NCBI GenBank assembly: GCA_963665665.1
Contig: OY762428.1
Location: forward strand, 4,320,001-4,384,000
Reading direction: 5' to 3'
From: Candidatus Kapaibacterium sp.
GTDB taxonomy: Bacteria > Bacteroidota > Ignavibacteria > Kapaibacteriales > UBA2268
DNA length: 64,000 nucleotides
A program made the position numbers and the translations under genes. The notes below the pieces were generated by a model. It saw only the letters and a list, made by a program, of their open reading frames with translations, was not told the origin of the DNA and made no database searches. Below, in pieces: positions 40,160 through 52,000 of this stretch. The first letter of the stretch is position 1; each line of letters opens with the position of its first letter.

Positions 40160-42385
40160 ATGATCTTTAGAAATATGACTCTTAGAAAACTAATTTTACC
40201 GATATTCTTATTAAGCCTTACGGCAGTTTGCTCACAGGACAGGCTTATCAGATTTGACCAGGCTTATGGCCACGGGCAGCCGTCACTTACACAGTCAATG
40301 CCGCGAATTTCAGGCTGGCTGAACGATAATACTTTCCTGAAACGAATAACAAAAGACGACGGTACAACTGTTCTTATGAGCGTTAATGCAAGAACAGCCG
40401 AAGAAACCGAGTTTCTTTCCTTTGCTGATATTGATAAAAAAATGCCGGGTGGATATTCCTCCGCTCATGCCATTGCTCATAATAAAGATTACTCAATTTT
40501 CCTTTTCCGAAACAATAATGACTTATATGTATATCGTGACAGTGACAGCGTTTTCAAACGCCTGACAGATAATATGGACGACGAGAATAATGTTCTCCTT
40601 TCCCCCGACGGCAAAAAATGTGTTTACGAAAGAAACCATAATCTGTTTGTTGCCGACCTGGTTAAGCTGAAAGAAAAGCAAATAACCGAAAGCGGCAATG
40701 ACGTTCTGTTGAACGGACGACTCTCGTGGGTTTATTACGAGGAAATTTTTGGCCGCAGCTCCAATTATAAAGCTTTCTGGTGGTCTCCGGATTCAAAAAA
40801 GATTGCATTTCTCCAATTCGATGAAAGGCCTACTCCGGAGTTTCCGCTATTTGATGCTGAAGGCGTTCACGGCAGGCTTGAAAAGCAACGCTATCCCAAA
40901 CCTGGCGATCCGCTGCCGATTGTTAAACTTGTTATCGTAAATGTTGATACGGGAGAATTCGAGCTTATTGAAACCAACATTGCAGAAGACAGGTATATTG
41001 CCTTCCCGATGTTCACACCTTCATCCGACGGATTAATTTACCAGGTTATGCCCCGTTCGCAGGAAGATATTTATATTATCAAAACCGGGTTAGACGGCAA
41101 AAAGAAAGATACTATCTACAGTGAACATCAGGATTCCTGGGTTAATTTCTTTAATGATATTATATTTTCATCCGACGGCCAGTCTTTCTATTTTATCAGT
41201 GATAAAAACAATTGGGCCAATGTTTACAAATGTGATATTCAAGCCGGAGAAACAACACAGATAACAAAATTTGATTATAATGTGACTGATATAGATCTCC
41301 TGAATGACAAAACAAACAGCCTCTACCTTCATGCTACCGGAGAAAACTCAACTGAAACCCATTTATTCAAAGTTGATACAAAAACAGGAATACCGCAGCA
41401 ACTTACAAAAGTACCGGCAACACACAGGTGCAATGTATCCCCGGAAGGTTCATTTGCAATTGATGAATACTCATCTGTCAACTTTCCGCGCAAGCGGGAT
41501 ATTGTGAATTGCAGCGCAGCTATCAGCCTGACAATTGACGATACAAAAATTCCCCGATTTGATAATTATAATCTTGGTGAAACAAAATTATTTACCATAC
41601 CGACCTCTGACGGGATGCAGTTACCTGCATTAGCTGTTTATCCTCCAAATTTCGACCCGAACAAGAAATATCCGGTTATATTCAAGGTTTACGGCGGCCC
41701 GGGAATAAAAAGCGTCAGGAACCAATTCCGTAATCGGCGCGGCGAATACGATGATTACTACCTTGCAGCAAACGGAATTGTTGTTATGGCTGTTGACAAC
41801 CGGGGATCGGGACATTTCGGCAAAGAAAATATGGCTCTTATGCACCGTGTACTTGGAAAATATGAAGTAAGCGACTTGGTTGAAGTCGTGAAATGGCTCA
41901 GGAAACAATCCTGGTGCGACCAGTCAAGGATTGGTGTATCCGGGGGTTCTTATGGCGGATATACCACACTTATGTGCCTGACTGCCGGCTCGGATTATTT
42001 CACCCACGGCATAGCTGCATTCTCGGTTACAGACTGGCGGCTCTACGATAATATATATACCGAAAGATATATGGACCTGCCGAACGAGAACATGCAGGGT
42101 TACGATTCTGCAGCTGTGATGACATATCTCGACAAATATAAAGGCGGACTTCTGATAACCCACGGCACAATGGACGACAACGTTCACATGCAGAACACAA
42201 TCCAGCTTATTGGAATGATGCAGGATATGGGGCAGGATTTCGAGCTTATGCTTTACCCGAATGAAAGACACGGCCTGCGAGGAGCAAAGCGTGTTCATGA
42301 ATACCGCTTATACGCCGATTTCTGGTTCAGAAAATTCTTCGGCAGGACATTGGAGGAAACGATAGAGCTTGAAGAAGAGAATTGA
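40160..42385 (+). CDS. Dipeptidyl peptidase IV-like, S9B family
   Basis: WVYYEE, WWSPDS, YPKPG, GGSYGG, HGTMDDNVH, YPNERH. Confidence 0.93.
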   Translation: MIFRNMTLRKLILPIFLLSLTAVCSQDRLIRFDQAYGHGQPSLTQSMPRISGWLNDNTFLKRITKDDGTTVLMSVNARTAEETEFLSFADIDKKMPGGYSSAHAIAHNKDYSIFLFRNNNDLYVYRDSDSVFKRLTDNMDDENNVLLSPDGKKCVYERNHNLFVADLVKLKEKQITESGNDVLLNGRLSWVYYEEIFGRSSNYKAFWWSPDSKKIAFLQFDERPTPEFPLFDAEGVHGRLEKQRYPKPGDPLPIVKLVIVNVDTGEFELIETNIAEDRYIAFPMFTPSSDGLIYQVMPRSQEDIYIIKTGLDGKKKDTIYSEHQDSWVNFFNDIIFSSDGQSFYFISDKNNWANVYKCDIQAGETTQITKFDYNVTDIDLLNDKTNSLYLHATGENSTETHLFKVDTKTGIPQQLTKVPATHRCNVSPEGSFAIDEYSSVNFPRKRDIVNCSAAISLTIDDTKIPRFDNYNLGETKLFTIPTSDGMQLPALAVYPPNFDPNKKYPVIFKVYGGPGIKSVRNQFRNRRGEYDDYYLAANGIVVMAVDNRGSGHFGKENMALMHRVLGKYEVSDLVEVVKWLRKQSWCDQSRIGVSGGSYGGYTTLMCLTAGSDYFTHGIAAFSVTDWRLYDNIYTERYMDLPNENMQGYDSAAVMTYLDKYKGGLLITHGTMDDNVHMQNTIQLIGMMQDMGQDFELMLYPNERHGLRGAKRVHEYRLYADFWFRKFFGRTLEETIELEEEN

Positions 42386-42444
42386 TAAGGAAACCTTAGT
42401 TATAAAAGTTGACGATGTCTATTTATGCAAAATATTTACAATTT

Positions 42445-42536
42445 GTCATTCGGATGCGTTGTGAAGAATCCAGTATTCATGCGGATTATGGATTCTTCGC
42501 TGCGCTCAGCCTGCCCTCGGCTTGTCGGGGAATGAC
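42445..42536. repeat. REP/MITE-like palindromic element, copy C (inverted relative to B, with a 21-nt insert)
   Basis: Reverse complement aligns to copy B (CTGAGCGCAGCGAAGAATCCATAA...AATACTGGATTCTTCACAACGC). Confidence 0.8.
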
Positions 42537-42591
42537 CGTTTTTCTAGCCTTTTGAAACAGACACAGCAAAAAAAAACAATTTTCTTCCCAA

Positions 42592-43116
42592 TCAATTCCC
42601 ATTTTCCAGCAGTTCTTTGATTTTCTTTTTCATCCCGTCAAATTCCTCCCGGTCAAAAAGTCTGGTTAGGTAGGCTACTTTGCCATTCTGATCGATAATA
42701 ACGTTTCTGGTAACTCCTGCATCTTCCAGGGCGAAAAGGTTAAATATTTTTCCATCAGGATCAAAAAGAACGGGGTATGTAATACCGGTTTTTCTGATGA
42801 GGCTGTCAATTTTTTCTCTGCCTTCCTTCAGGTCAACAGCTGCGAGGAAAAAATCCTGATTTTCCTTGTTCTTCTGCCATATCTCTTCCTCAATAAATGG
42901 CATTTCACGGATACATACCGGACACCAGCTTGCAGTAAACTGAAGCATAACCACTTTTCCTTTCAGGTCGCTAAGCTTCATGGTTTTGCCATCGGTAAAA
43001 TTCAGAGTAAAATCAGGTGCCGTATCGCCAATCTTTACCCTGTGCATAGGATCTGCTTTTTCAGTGGAATAGCATAATATTGGGAGGAGCAGCAGGAAAA
43101 TAAGAATATTTTTCAT
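42592..43116 (-). CDS. TlpA-like thioredoxin-fold protein
   Basis: Signal peptide, GDTAPDF, FTASWCPVC. Confidence 0.88.
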   Translation of the reverse strand: MKNILIFLLLLPILCYSTEKADPMHRVKIGDTAPDFTLNFTDGKTMKLSDLKGKVVMLQFTASWCPVCIREMPFIEEEIWQKNKENQDFFLAAVDLKEGREKIDSLIRKTGITYPVLFDPDGKIFNLFALEDAGVTRNVIIDQNGKVAYLTRLFDREEFDGMKKKIKELLENGN

Positions 43117-43232
43117 AAATAGTCAGCTCTCAATTTGCAGTAATAAAATATTTAACTTCCATTCAGGGGCAGCATCCCTGAAGATAATATCAAATTCAAT
43201 TGGAGTTACAATGCTCATTTAGTTTCGGGAAA

Positions 43233-43979
43233 CTATATCTTAGCAATTACATCCACGAGCAGTTTGGTTACTTTTTCAACATTGCTCTCGAATACCTTCA
43301 GTATTTCTTCGAAAGTAACAGGTTGCTCATCTTCTTTCCAGCAGTCATAATCAGTGCTCATGGCTATTGCGGCATAAGGAATCCCTAGTTCATTTGCCAG
43401 GATGCATTCAGGGGCAATTGACATATTTATTACATCTGCACCCCACATCCTGAACATTTTCGATTCAGCTTTGGTCGAAAATCTCGGGCCTTCGATAGTA
43501 ATTACAGTTCCATCTGAATGGAACTTCATATCAAGATTTTTTGCTGACTCAATTAAATGTTCGCGCATATAATTATCGAATGGTTCTGACATTTGGGTGT
43601 GCCTGGCACCATCGTCGAAATTATCAAAAAAAGTTACTGCACGATGCTTTGTAAAATCAATGAACTGATCCAGGATTACAATATCGCCCCTGCCAATTTC
43701 CTCTTTGAGCGAACCAACTGCTGTAGTAGCAATAATATGTGAAACTTCAAGCTGCTTCATTGCTGAAATGTTTGCTTTGTAATTCACACCCGTGGGAGTA
43801 AGGTTGTGAGCGCGCCCGTGCCTGGATAATATTATAACTTCTTTGCCGGCTATCCTGCCTGCCTGAAATTTTGAACTGGGCTGCCCGTATGGTGTATTTA
43901 CTTCTATTTCATGAAAATCTTCTAAAATATTGGGTTTGTCTAATCCTGATCCGCCTATAATTCCGATCTTCATCTTCAA
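43233..43979 (-). CDS. mtnP: S-methyl-5'-thioadenosine phosphorylase
   Basis: IGIIGGSG, TPYG.PS, RHGR.H, EGPRFST.AES, TDYDCW. Confidence 0.93.
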   Translation of the reverse strand: MKMKIGIIGGSGLDKPNILEDFHEIEVNTPYGQPSSKFQAGRIAGKEVIILSRHGRAHNLTPTGVNYKANISAMKQLEVSHIIATTAVGSLKEEIGRGDIVILDQFIDFTKHRAVTFFDNFDDGARHTQMSEPFDNYMREHLIESAKNLDMKFHSDGTVITIEGPRFSTKAESKMFRMWGADVINMSIAPECILANELGIPYAAIAMSTDYDCWKEDEQPVTFEEILKVFESNVEKVTKLLVDVIAKI

Positions 43980-44138
43980 CTCCGATAATATTAATAATTA
44001 TGATGTGTGCAAAATAAGAAATTGTTATATAAATTCCTTTTGATTATAATGTATAAAAGGAATTTAACAATTTCTACCGGACAATATCCGTTACTTACTA
44101 TTAATAATTTTAAAACATTGATGATTTAAATTGATTAA

Positions 44139-44894
44139 ATGAAAAAAATTGTAGAGAAATTTCAATCGAAAAGCGGGCATGATATTGCTGCAATTATCGA
44201 GCTTCCTGATAAAAATCCTAAAGCTCTTTCTGTGTATTCACATTGCTTTACTTGTTCAAAAAATTTGAAATCAGTTAATACTATCAGTAAAACACTTGTT
44301 GAAAATGGCATAGGGGTTTTAAGATTTGATTTCGCAGGCATTGGCGGCAGCAGCGGAAATTTTTCCGATACAAATTTTTCCACCAACCTGCTCGACCTGG
44401 AATCAGCTGTTGAGTATCTCGAAGAAAATCACGGGCCTCCGTCGCTGATGATCGGGCACTCCCTTGGCGGTGCTGCTACTATAGCAAGGGCGGCAGATTT
44501 TCCATCCGTTAAAGCTGTTGTGGTGATAGGTGCACCCGCAACGCTCAGCCACCTTGAGAAAAAAATGAACCATATCAGGAAAAATAAAAATCCCGACGGG
44601 GCAATAATAGTAAACATTGGGGGTGCGGATTATACTTTGAAAACAAAGTTTTTCGAGGATATGAAAAATTATAACATACTGAATTCTGCCGCTAAGATCA
44701 ATAAACCGTTTTTGATACTCCATTCGCCGGTGGACATGACTGTGGGGATAGATAATGCAGCGAAATTATTCCAGAAAGCACGTCATCCGAAGAGTTTTAT
44801 ATCACTTGATAATGCTGACCATATTCTGACAAAAAAATCAGATGCTGAATATGCAGGTAGTGTTATAAGTGCATGGTCCGAAAAATATATATGA
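44139..44894 (+). CDS. Alpha/beta hydrolase (like the N-domain of hydrolase-OsmC fusions)
   Basis: HCFTCSK, LRFDF.G.G.S.G.F, GHSLGG, HSP.D..V, ADH. Confidence 0.85.
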   Translation: MKKIVEKFQSKSGHDIAAIIELPDKNPKALSVYSHCFTCSKNLKSVNTISKTLVENGIGVLRFDFAGIGGSSGNFSDTNFSTNLLDLESAVEYLEENHGPPSLMIGHSLGGAATIARAADFPSVKAVVVIGAPATLSHLEKKMNHIRKNKNPDGAIIVNIGGADYTLKTKFFEDMKNYNILNSAAKINKPFLILHSPVDMTVGIDNAAKLFQKARHPKSFISLDNADHILTKKSDAEYAGSVISAWSEKYI

Positions 44895-45791
44895 TCAGGT
44901 TTCCGAACCTTTTAGCTTTTGATAAAAGAAGTCTCCGGTTTCTGATATCAAAACTCCGCTAAGAAGTATTATTCCGCCAATGTATTCTCTTCCTCCAAGT
45001 GTTTCACTGATAAATAAAACTGCAAAAAAGCTTGCAAGAACAGGTTCAAGGGCAAATATCAGTGCTGCTTTTACCGGGGTAGTGTATCTTTGAACCGAGG
45101 TATGAATAAAAGTTAGCATAAATGAGGCTATAATGCCATTATACGCCAGTGAATAGAGCAATTTAATATCCCAATTCAGGTATAAACCGTCAAGTTCAAA
45201 TAAGAGAAACGTTACAAGGGCTACGGGAGCCGCCGCTGTAAACTGAAACATTACCAGCCTTGCTGTTTCTCCGAAATCAGATTTTCCACGTGTGAAAACA
45301 TCCATGTAAGTTATATACAAAGCCCAGAATATACAGGACAAAAGTGTGTATATATCACCAATATTGATATTGTCGAATTCCGGATTTGTAAAAATCCATA
45401 ATCCGATAAATGCGATAACAACTCCAATTTTGGGCCAAAGGCGAATATTTTTCTTTTCAACTAATTTATAAACAAAAGGAACTAACACTACAGATACACC
45501 TGTAATAAATGCTGATTTTGAAACTGTAGTGAATTTCAATCCATAGGTCTGCAATACAAACCCTCCACCGAAAAACAAGCCGAGTATAAGCCCGTGAAGA
45601 AGTGTTTGTTTGTTTGTTTTGAATAAATGCCTTCCGAATACTGCAAAAGAAATAGCAAAGGCAATGATAAACCTGAAAATAATATAAAGCGATGGCGGAC
45701 AGTATTCAAGCCCTATCTTGGTAAAAAGAAAAGTACCGCCCCAAATGAAAGTTATCAGGACGAGTAGTAATTCCGCCTTCCAGTGTTTCAT
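44895..45791 (-). CDS. DMT/EamA family transporter
   Basis: About 10 TM segments; IWG.TF, QTYGL..TT.SKSAFIT, LEPV. Confidence 0.92.
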   Translation of the reverse strand: MKHWKAELLLVLITFIWGGTFLFTKIGLEYCPPSLYIIFRFIIAFAISFAVFGRHLFKTNKQTLLHGLILGLFFGGGFVLQTYGLKFTTVSKSAFITGVSVVLVPFVYKLVEKKNIRLWPKIGVVIAFIGLWIFTNPEFDNINIGDIYTLLSCIFWALYITYMDVFTRGKSDFGETARLVMFQFTAAAPVALVTFLLFELDGLYLNWDIKLLYSLAYNGIIASFMLTFIHTSVQRYTTPVKAALIFALEPVLASFFAVLFISETLGGREYIGGIILLSGVLISETGDFFYQKLKGSET

Positions 45792-47089
45792 CTATTCCTC
45801 CGCCCCGGTTTCCCCGGATTGTTGCTTCCGGTATTTTCCTTCTGAAGTTTTTCTTCGTTTCCTGTTGCTCCTGATTCTTTGTCAGTATTCTCAATATCAA
45901 CAGGTTCAGTCAGGTATTTATTTAATTTTTCAAGCCTTTTTTTCTCTTCTTCTTCTTTTTTCTTCTTTTCTTTCTCGGCTTTGGCTCTGGCTTCTGCAAG
46001 TTCTTTTTTTCTTCTCTGTTCGTTGAAATTAACTGATTTAATCAGCTTAACATGAGGTTTGATAATACCCCTTGCCCTGAGAGTATCTTCGGCGTAGCGG
46101 AACCTGTTTTTATCCCTGATATTCCATTTCGCGCCGTCTGGTATCTGGCACCAAGGTATCAGAGCTTCTTCAACTTCCATTGGTTTTTCAGGTAATTCTA
46201 CGAAATGATCTTTGTTGGATTTAAGGTCAAGCCAGGGACCGCCTTTCTTCCTTGAAAAATCAAACATACCCAGAATTATTACAGGCGTTCCGGAAAGCGG
46301 GATTCTTTTTCGGTTTGAATCTCTTTTAAATCCTTTTCCCCAGTAATAAAGCCATTTTGCATCATTACGGAATAATCGGCAGCAAGAGTGTGATACCGGC
46401 CTGCCTGGCATTGTAAACTGGTGAAATGCACTCCCGGCCTCTGCATGTATGTTCCATGTAAAGGGCATTTTCCAGTTGCTGTCCAGCGAACTGCGGTGTT
46501 CTTTTTCTTTCCACACAAGAGCGTATCGTCCGGGATAAGTAGGGGTTCTTTCTTTTCCGGTATTTGTGGCTCCAAATTGAACCAGTCTGCCATATTCATA
46601 AGCCCCGAAAGCCTGGTATTCATTCGAAACAAAGACGATTTTACTAATATCCCTACCGGCAGGGTAATAGTAAGGAAAAATTGAATAAGCCTTTTTATCT
46701 GCAACGGCACTATCGGCAAGGACAACTGTTTCCCCAATTCGCAAGTATCCGGTCGATTTTCGGTTCAAGGTATTAAATACCCTAAGAACATATTTGTTGC
46801 TGTCGGTTTCCCGAATCATACGCCTTAATTCTTTGAGTTTTTTATAGTCGGAAATATGAAATCTGCTGTATGTAATTTTAGGATACATACTGTCATATTT
46901 CCGTAAAGTATCCAGAATACGCAGGGAATCAAGCTGTTTTTCGGTTAACTGCGGTTCAATATCTTTTTTATCTGCCGGTTTGTCATTTCCGGTGTCGATG
47001 CAGGAATATTGAATAAATAATATGCCAAAACAAATTAACAGTATTATATTTTTTTTCAAAGAGTTTCCGCAAATAATATAACATTCCAC
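45788..47089 (-). CDS. L,D-transpeptidase (YkuD family) lipoprotein
   Basis: Lipobox-like QYSC, TYPGRY, AFHQ...PVSHSCCRL catalytic His/Cys motif, Lys/Glu-rich tail. True start may be about 10 codons downstream. Confidence 0.82.
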   Translation of the reverse strand: MECYIICGNSLKKNIILLICFGILFIQYSCIDTGNDKPADKKDIEPQLTEKQLDSLRILDTLRKYDSMYPKITYSRFHISDYKKLKELRRMIRETDSNKYVLRVFNTLNRKSTGYLRIGETVVLADSAVADKKAYSIFPYYYPAGRDISKIVFVSNEYQAFGAYEYGRLVQFGATNTGKERTPTYPGRYALVWKEKEHRSSLDSNWKMPFTWNIHAEAGSAFHQFTMPGRPVSHSCCRLFRNDAKWLYYWGKGFKRDSNRKRIPLSGTPVIILGMFDFSRKKGGPWLDLKSNKDHFVELPEKPMEVEEALIPWCQIPDGAKWNIRDKNRFRYAEDTLRARGIIKPHVKLIKSVNFNEQRRKKELAEARAKAEKEKKKKEEEEKKRLEKLNKYLTEPVDIENTDKESGATGNEEKLQKENTGSNNPGKPGRRNR

Positions 47090-47544
47090 AATTTATCAAA
47101 GCAAATTTAATAATATTCTGATAAATTTTTCATTAATATTGATTCAGAAAGAATTATACTTGATGAACTGGATCAGCATTAGAAGTTCAAAGTCAATTTC
47201 TGATAAGGTTTTTGTAGCTTACTTTTGGACGGGTCCCTTTAATCCTGATATGATAAGTATTCCGCTCAGTCGAATGCTTAGTTAATGATTAAAAATTTTA
47301 TTTTTTTTGTGGAGATATGTGGAACAATTTTAACAATGCGTTACCTGTAATAATTATATCGAGATAAATTTATCCACATTGGTTACAAAAATTTTAAAAT
47401 TATTTTTTAGTGTGATTATCATTTTTTATCTTTACCTGAAATCTTTGCGGCTTAATTTCAAAAAGTCGTATTGAGATATAGCGGCTCAAAAATCAAACGC
47501 TTAGGTTTCGGTAACAAAAGCAATAAGTTAGTTGACAGGAATAA

Positions 47545-48828
<1,284 letters not shown>

Positions 48829-48853
48829 TAAACCTTGGGGGAATATTATAAAT

Positions 48854-48883
48854 CAAGGCTGCTCGTATCGGGCAGCCTTGTTT
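48854..48883 (+). terminator. Intrinsic terminator after purA
   Basis: CAAGGCTGC/GCAGCCTTG stem followed by TTT. Confidence 0.7.
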
Positions 48884-49023
48884 CGTTATATAAAAATGTT
48901 CAGCCTGTTATTCTGTATTGACAAAGTTATCGTAATCAGATAAAAATCAATTTGGCTTTTAGGCCTTTGAAAATTGCCATTGAATAATCAAAAATGATAT
49001 TGTAGAATTATCCTGATATTCAA

Positions 49024-49908
49024 CTAAAACTCTACTTCACCCGGCATGCCTATCTTTAGGGAACCATCGTTCTTAACCCTGATTTTCACGGCATAAACAA
49101 GATTCACTCTTTCTTCTTTGGTTTGAATAATTTTAGGGCTAAATTCAGCTTCCGGGGATATCCAATAAATTGTGCCTTCGTAGGTTCTGTTTTCATCGCT
49201 GTTCTTATCAGCCAGAACCTTCACTATATTCCCGATTTTAATATTGGGGAGTTGGCTGCCGCTGACGTATGCCCTAAGAGTAATATTTGTAAGGTTGGCT
49301 ATTCTGAACAGGGGTTTTCCAGGTGCTGCCAATTCATGAAGCTCTGCGTACTTTTCAAGCACAGTAGCGTTCATCGGGTTTACTATTTTGCATTTTTCAA
49401 GTTGCAAATTCAGCCTTTCCATTCCTGCATCAACTGCTTTCATTTCAGAAACGATTGGGGCATTTTGTGCTTCCACCTGTTTTATCTGTTTCTCTATTAC
49501 TTCAATAGCGCTGTTTATATCGTCCATTTGCTGTTGTGTTGCGGCGCCGGATTCGAATAGTTTTTCAAGCCTTTTTTTATCATTCAGCGCTTTCTCTTTT
49601 CTTTCATTCAGGACGGCTATCTGGGTAAATACCTGGCTGCTTCTTGATTTGATTGCAGCTTTTTTTGCCCTGGTTTCTGCCATCATTGCCACAATATCAC
49701 TCGTGTCTATCAGGCAAACAAGCCTGCCGCTGTCAATTGTCATACCTTCTTCAATGTTCATTTCAATTATTTTCCCTGCTGTCTCCGCAGAAATTATTGT
49801 TTCAACAGCTTCGAAATTTCCGTAGGCATCGGATTTACCGTTTTCGTCAGAACATGAAGCCGCAAGTAATAATGCAGCTAATAGGATATAAATATTTAAA
49901 GCTTTCAA
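49024..49908 (-). CDS. HlyD-family efflux periplasmic adaptor (lipoprotein)
   Basis: AASC lipobox, GNFEA, coiled coil, AEFSPK.IQTKEER, LKIGMP. Confidence 0.9.
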   Translation of the reverse strand: MKALNIYILLAALLLAASCSDENGKSDAYGNFEAVETIISAETAGKIIEMNIEEGMTIDSGRLVCLIDTSDIVAMMAETRAKKAAIKSRSSQVFTQIAVLNERKEKALNDKKRLEKLFESGAATQQQMDDINSAIEVIEKQIKQVEAQNAPIVSEMKAVDAGMERLNLQLEKCKIVNPMNATVLEKYAELHELAAPGKPLFRIANLTNITLRAYVSGSQLPNIKIGNIVKVLADKNSDENRTYEGTIYWISPEAEFSPKIIQTKEERVNLVYAVKIRVKNDGSLKIGMPGEVEF

Positions 49909-49919
49909 TTTCAGTTTCC

Positions 49920-51209
49920 TTAGTTAGTTTGTCCAAGTAGTACAAGTAAATCTGCTTTTGCTTTATTCAGTTCAATTTTGTGCAGCTCCAGATTCATTTC
50001 AGCATCTTTCTCCTTGTTCAATATTTCAATATAATCCGAAGATGTGATTACGCCGTTTGTCAGTCTGGATTCTGCTTCGGCACTGATTCTTTCTCTTAGG
50101 ATTAAAATTTCCCTGTCTTTTTTAATAGTGTTTGTCAGGTTTTCAATACTTACTTTGTAAGATTCACTAATCAGGCGAATGTTTCTTTCGAATTCACTGC
50201 GGCTATTGTCAATTTCCTCTGCTTTGATTTCTGCTATCTGCTTATCTCTGTTATTATTTCCTTTGCTCCAGATGTTCCAGTTGGCCTGAACGCCTGCTAT
50301 AAAGTAGGGGCTGAATTTATCGTCGAACATATTTAAGCCGGGCCTGCCATATACAAAATTTCCAAAGGCAGAAATTTTTGGGATATAAGCTGAACCCAAA
50401 ATTTCAACCGACTGGTTTATTAGATTTTTACTACTTTCAAAAACTTCAATTTCAGGCCTCTCAAGAATAAAATCATCAGTGATTTCGGGAATTTTATACT
50501 CCAGGGAAGAAATGTTAATAAATTTAATACCTGTCAATGTAGTTAAGTTGTTAATCAATATGGCTTTTTGTTTAACAGAGTTTTCAGACTGATTTTCAAT
50601 TTTCAATATTTCAGCCTGAAGTTCCAACTGATAGCTTTCGGGCAGAAGTCCGTTAGTAACCATTGTTTCAATTTTTTTTAACTTTTCTTCAAAGGTTGTG
50701 ATCATGTTGTCAAGGATACTTTTTCTTTTGTCAGTTATTAGAGCCGAGAAATAATAATTATTGACCTGGCTTAAATTTTTATATATATCCGCTTCCAGGG
50801 TTTTCTTTTCAAGAGCAGAGCTGAACATGTTACTTGACTTTAGTGCCGATATACTGCCGCCATCCCAGATAATCTGATTGATACTTACTCCTGCCTGGTA
50901 TTGATCCTTTGGCATTTCAGGGAAATCAGCCTGAAATCCCGGTATCGGGATATCAATATCAATTTTTGTTACATCAGATTGGTACTGAGCTTTAGCAAAT
51001 ACATTAATTTCAGGATAATATCGCGAAGATAGTTTTTCATCCTCAAGATTTGCTCTTAAACTGATATTCTTTGCTGAGGATGCCAGCTCGGAATTTTTCT
51101 TAGCTGCTTCCCAAAGCACCCTAAGGCTGTATTCCTGTGCCATGGCCGGGCTTATTGCAATTGCTATACAAAGTATTACGCCAATCCAGTTTAGTTTTTG
51201 GGTTTGCAT
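49920..51209 (-). CDS. TolC-family outer membrane efflux protein
   Basis: Signal peptide, YYPE..., Q.IWDGG, RPE, YGRPGLN; lies between TetR and HlyD. Confidence 0.87.
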   Translation of the reverse strand: MQTQKLNWIGVILCIAIAISPAMAQEYSLRVLWEAAKKNSELASSAKNISLRANLEDEKLSSRYYPEINVFAKAQYQSDVTKIDIDIPIPGFQADFPEMPKDQYQAGVSINQIIWDGGSISALKSSNMFSSALEKKTLEADIYKNLSQVNNYYFSALITDKRKSILDNMITTFEEKLKKIETMVTNGLLPESYQLELQAEILKIENQSENSVKQKAILINNLTTLTGIKFINISSLEYKIPEITDDFILERPEIEVFESSKNLINQSVEILGSAYIPKISAFGNFVYGRPGLNMFDDKFSPYFIAGVQANWNIWSKGNNNRDKQIAEIKAEEIDNSRSEFERNIRLISESYKVSIENLTNTIKKDREILILRERISAEAESRLTNGVITSSDYIEILNKEKDAEMNLELHKIELNKAKADLLVLLGQTN

Positions 51210-51211
51210 AA

Positions 51212-51829
51212 TTATTCCTTGTTAATCTTAAGACCGTTGAAAATTATTTCGGGAATAAGAGTTTTTCGCTCTTCAAGAAGTTTATCAAAACCATCATCGC
51301 TGATATCGAATATTTTTTGAAGCAATGGCCTGGACAGAAAGGGGAAAATACTCAAGCCAAGAATATTTATTATAAACTGCTCGGCGGAAATGTCTTTATA
51401 ATTTCCTTTCTCAACTTCTTCTCTGAATTGGATCAGGATATTTTTTGGTATCATTTCCAGGTTTTTTCTGAATATTTTCTCTATCTTATCAGGATTAGTA
51501 TTGATTTCATGAAGGATAAACATTGGAATTTGAGGGTATTTGGCAAGCATTTCAATATAATTACTTACAAAATTCCTGATTTTATCATCAAAAGGAATAT
51601 CCATAGCTGGTATAGGGCCAATTTTTACAAAAAGAGACTTTACCGCCTGTTCGAAAACTCTTTCAAAAAGTTTGTCTTTACTTCGATAATAGTAGTGGAG
51701 CATAGCTTTATTTATTCCTGCTTTATCAGCAATTTCCTGCATCCTTGCTCCGTAAAATCCCTTTTCAATAAATACCTTGTTTGCTGCATCAAGGATTTTC
51801 TCTTCAGCCTGTTTTTCTTTTTCACTCAT
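51212..51829 (-). CDS. TetR/AcrR family transcriptional regulator
   Basis: ILDAA..VF.EKG..GARMQEIADKAGINKAMLHYYYRSK. Confidence 0.93.
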   Translation of the reverse strand: MSEKEKQAEEKILDAANKVFIEKGFYGARMQEIADKAGINKAMLHYYYRSKDKLFERVFEQAVKSLFVKIGPIPAMDIPFDDKIRNFVSNYIEMLAKYPQIPMFILHEINTNPDKIEKIFRKNLEMIPKNILIQFREEVEKGNYKDISAEQFIINILGLSIFPFLSRPLLQKIFDISDDGFDKLLEERKTLIPEIIFNGLKINKE

Positions 51830-51841
51830 ATTTATAATCCA

Positions 51842-51892
51842 TAAATGGTTAAACTAAAATATTTAACTACATATATTAACTAAATGGTTAAT
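51842..51892. promoter_or_regulatory. Probable TetR operator
   Basis: Imperfect palindrome ATTAACTAAATGGTTAAT (51875-51892) plus a second TAAATGGTTAA (51842-51852) just upstream of tetR. Confidence 0.6.
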
Positions 51893-52000
51893 TGTACGAA
51901 TATACATAATATTTCTTTTATATTCAAAAAAAAATATTATATTTCCTTTTTAGTTTATATAAGTATCAGCATTGGTTAAATTGGGCTATAGGGTGTATAT

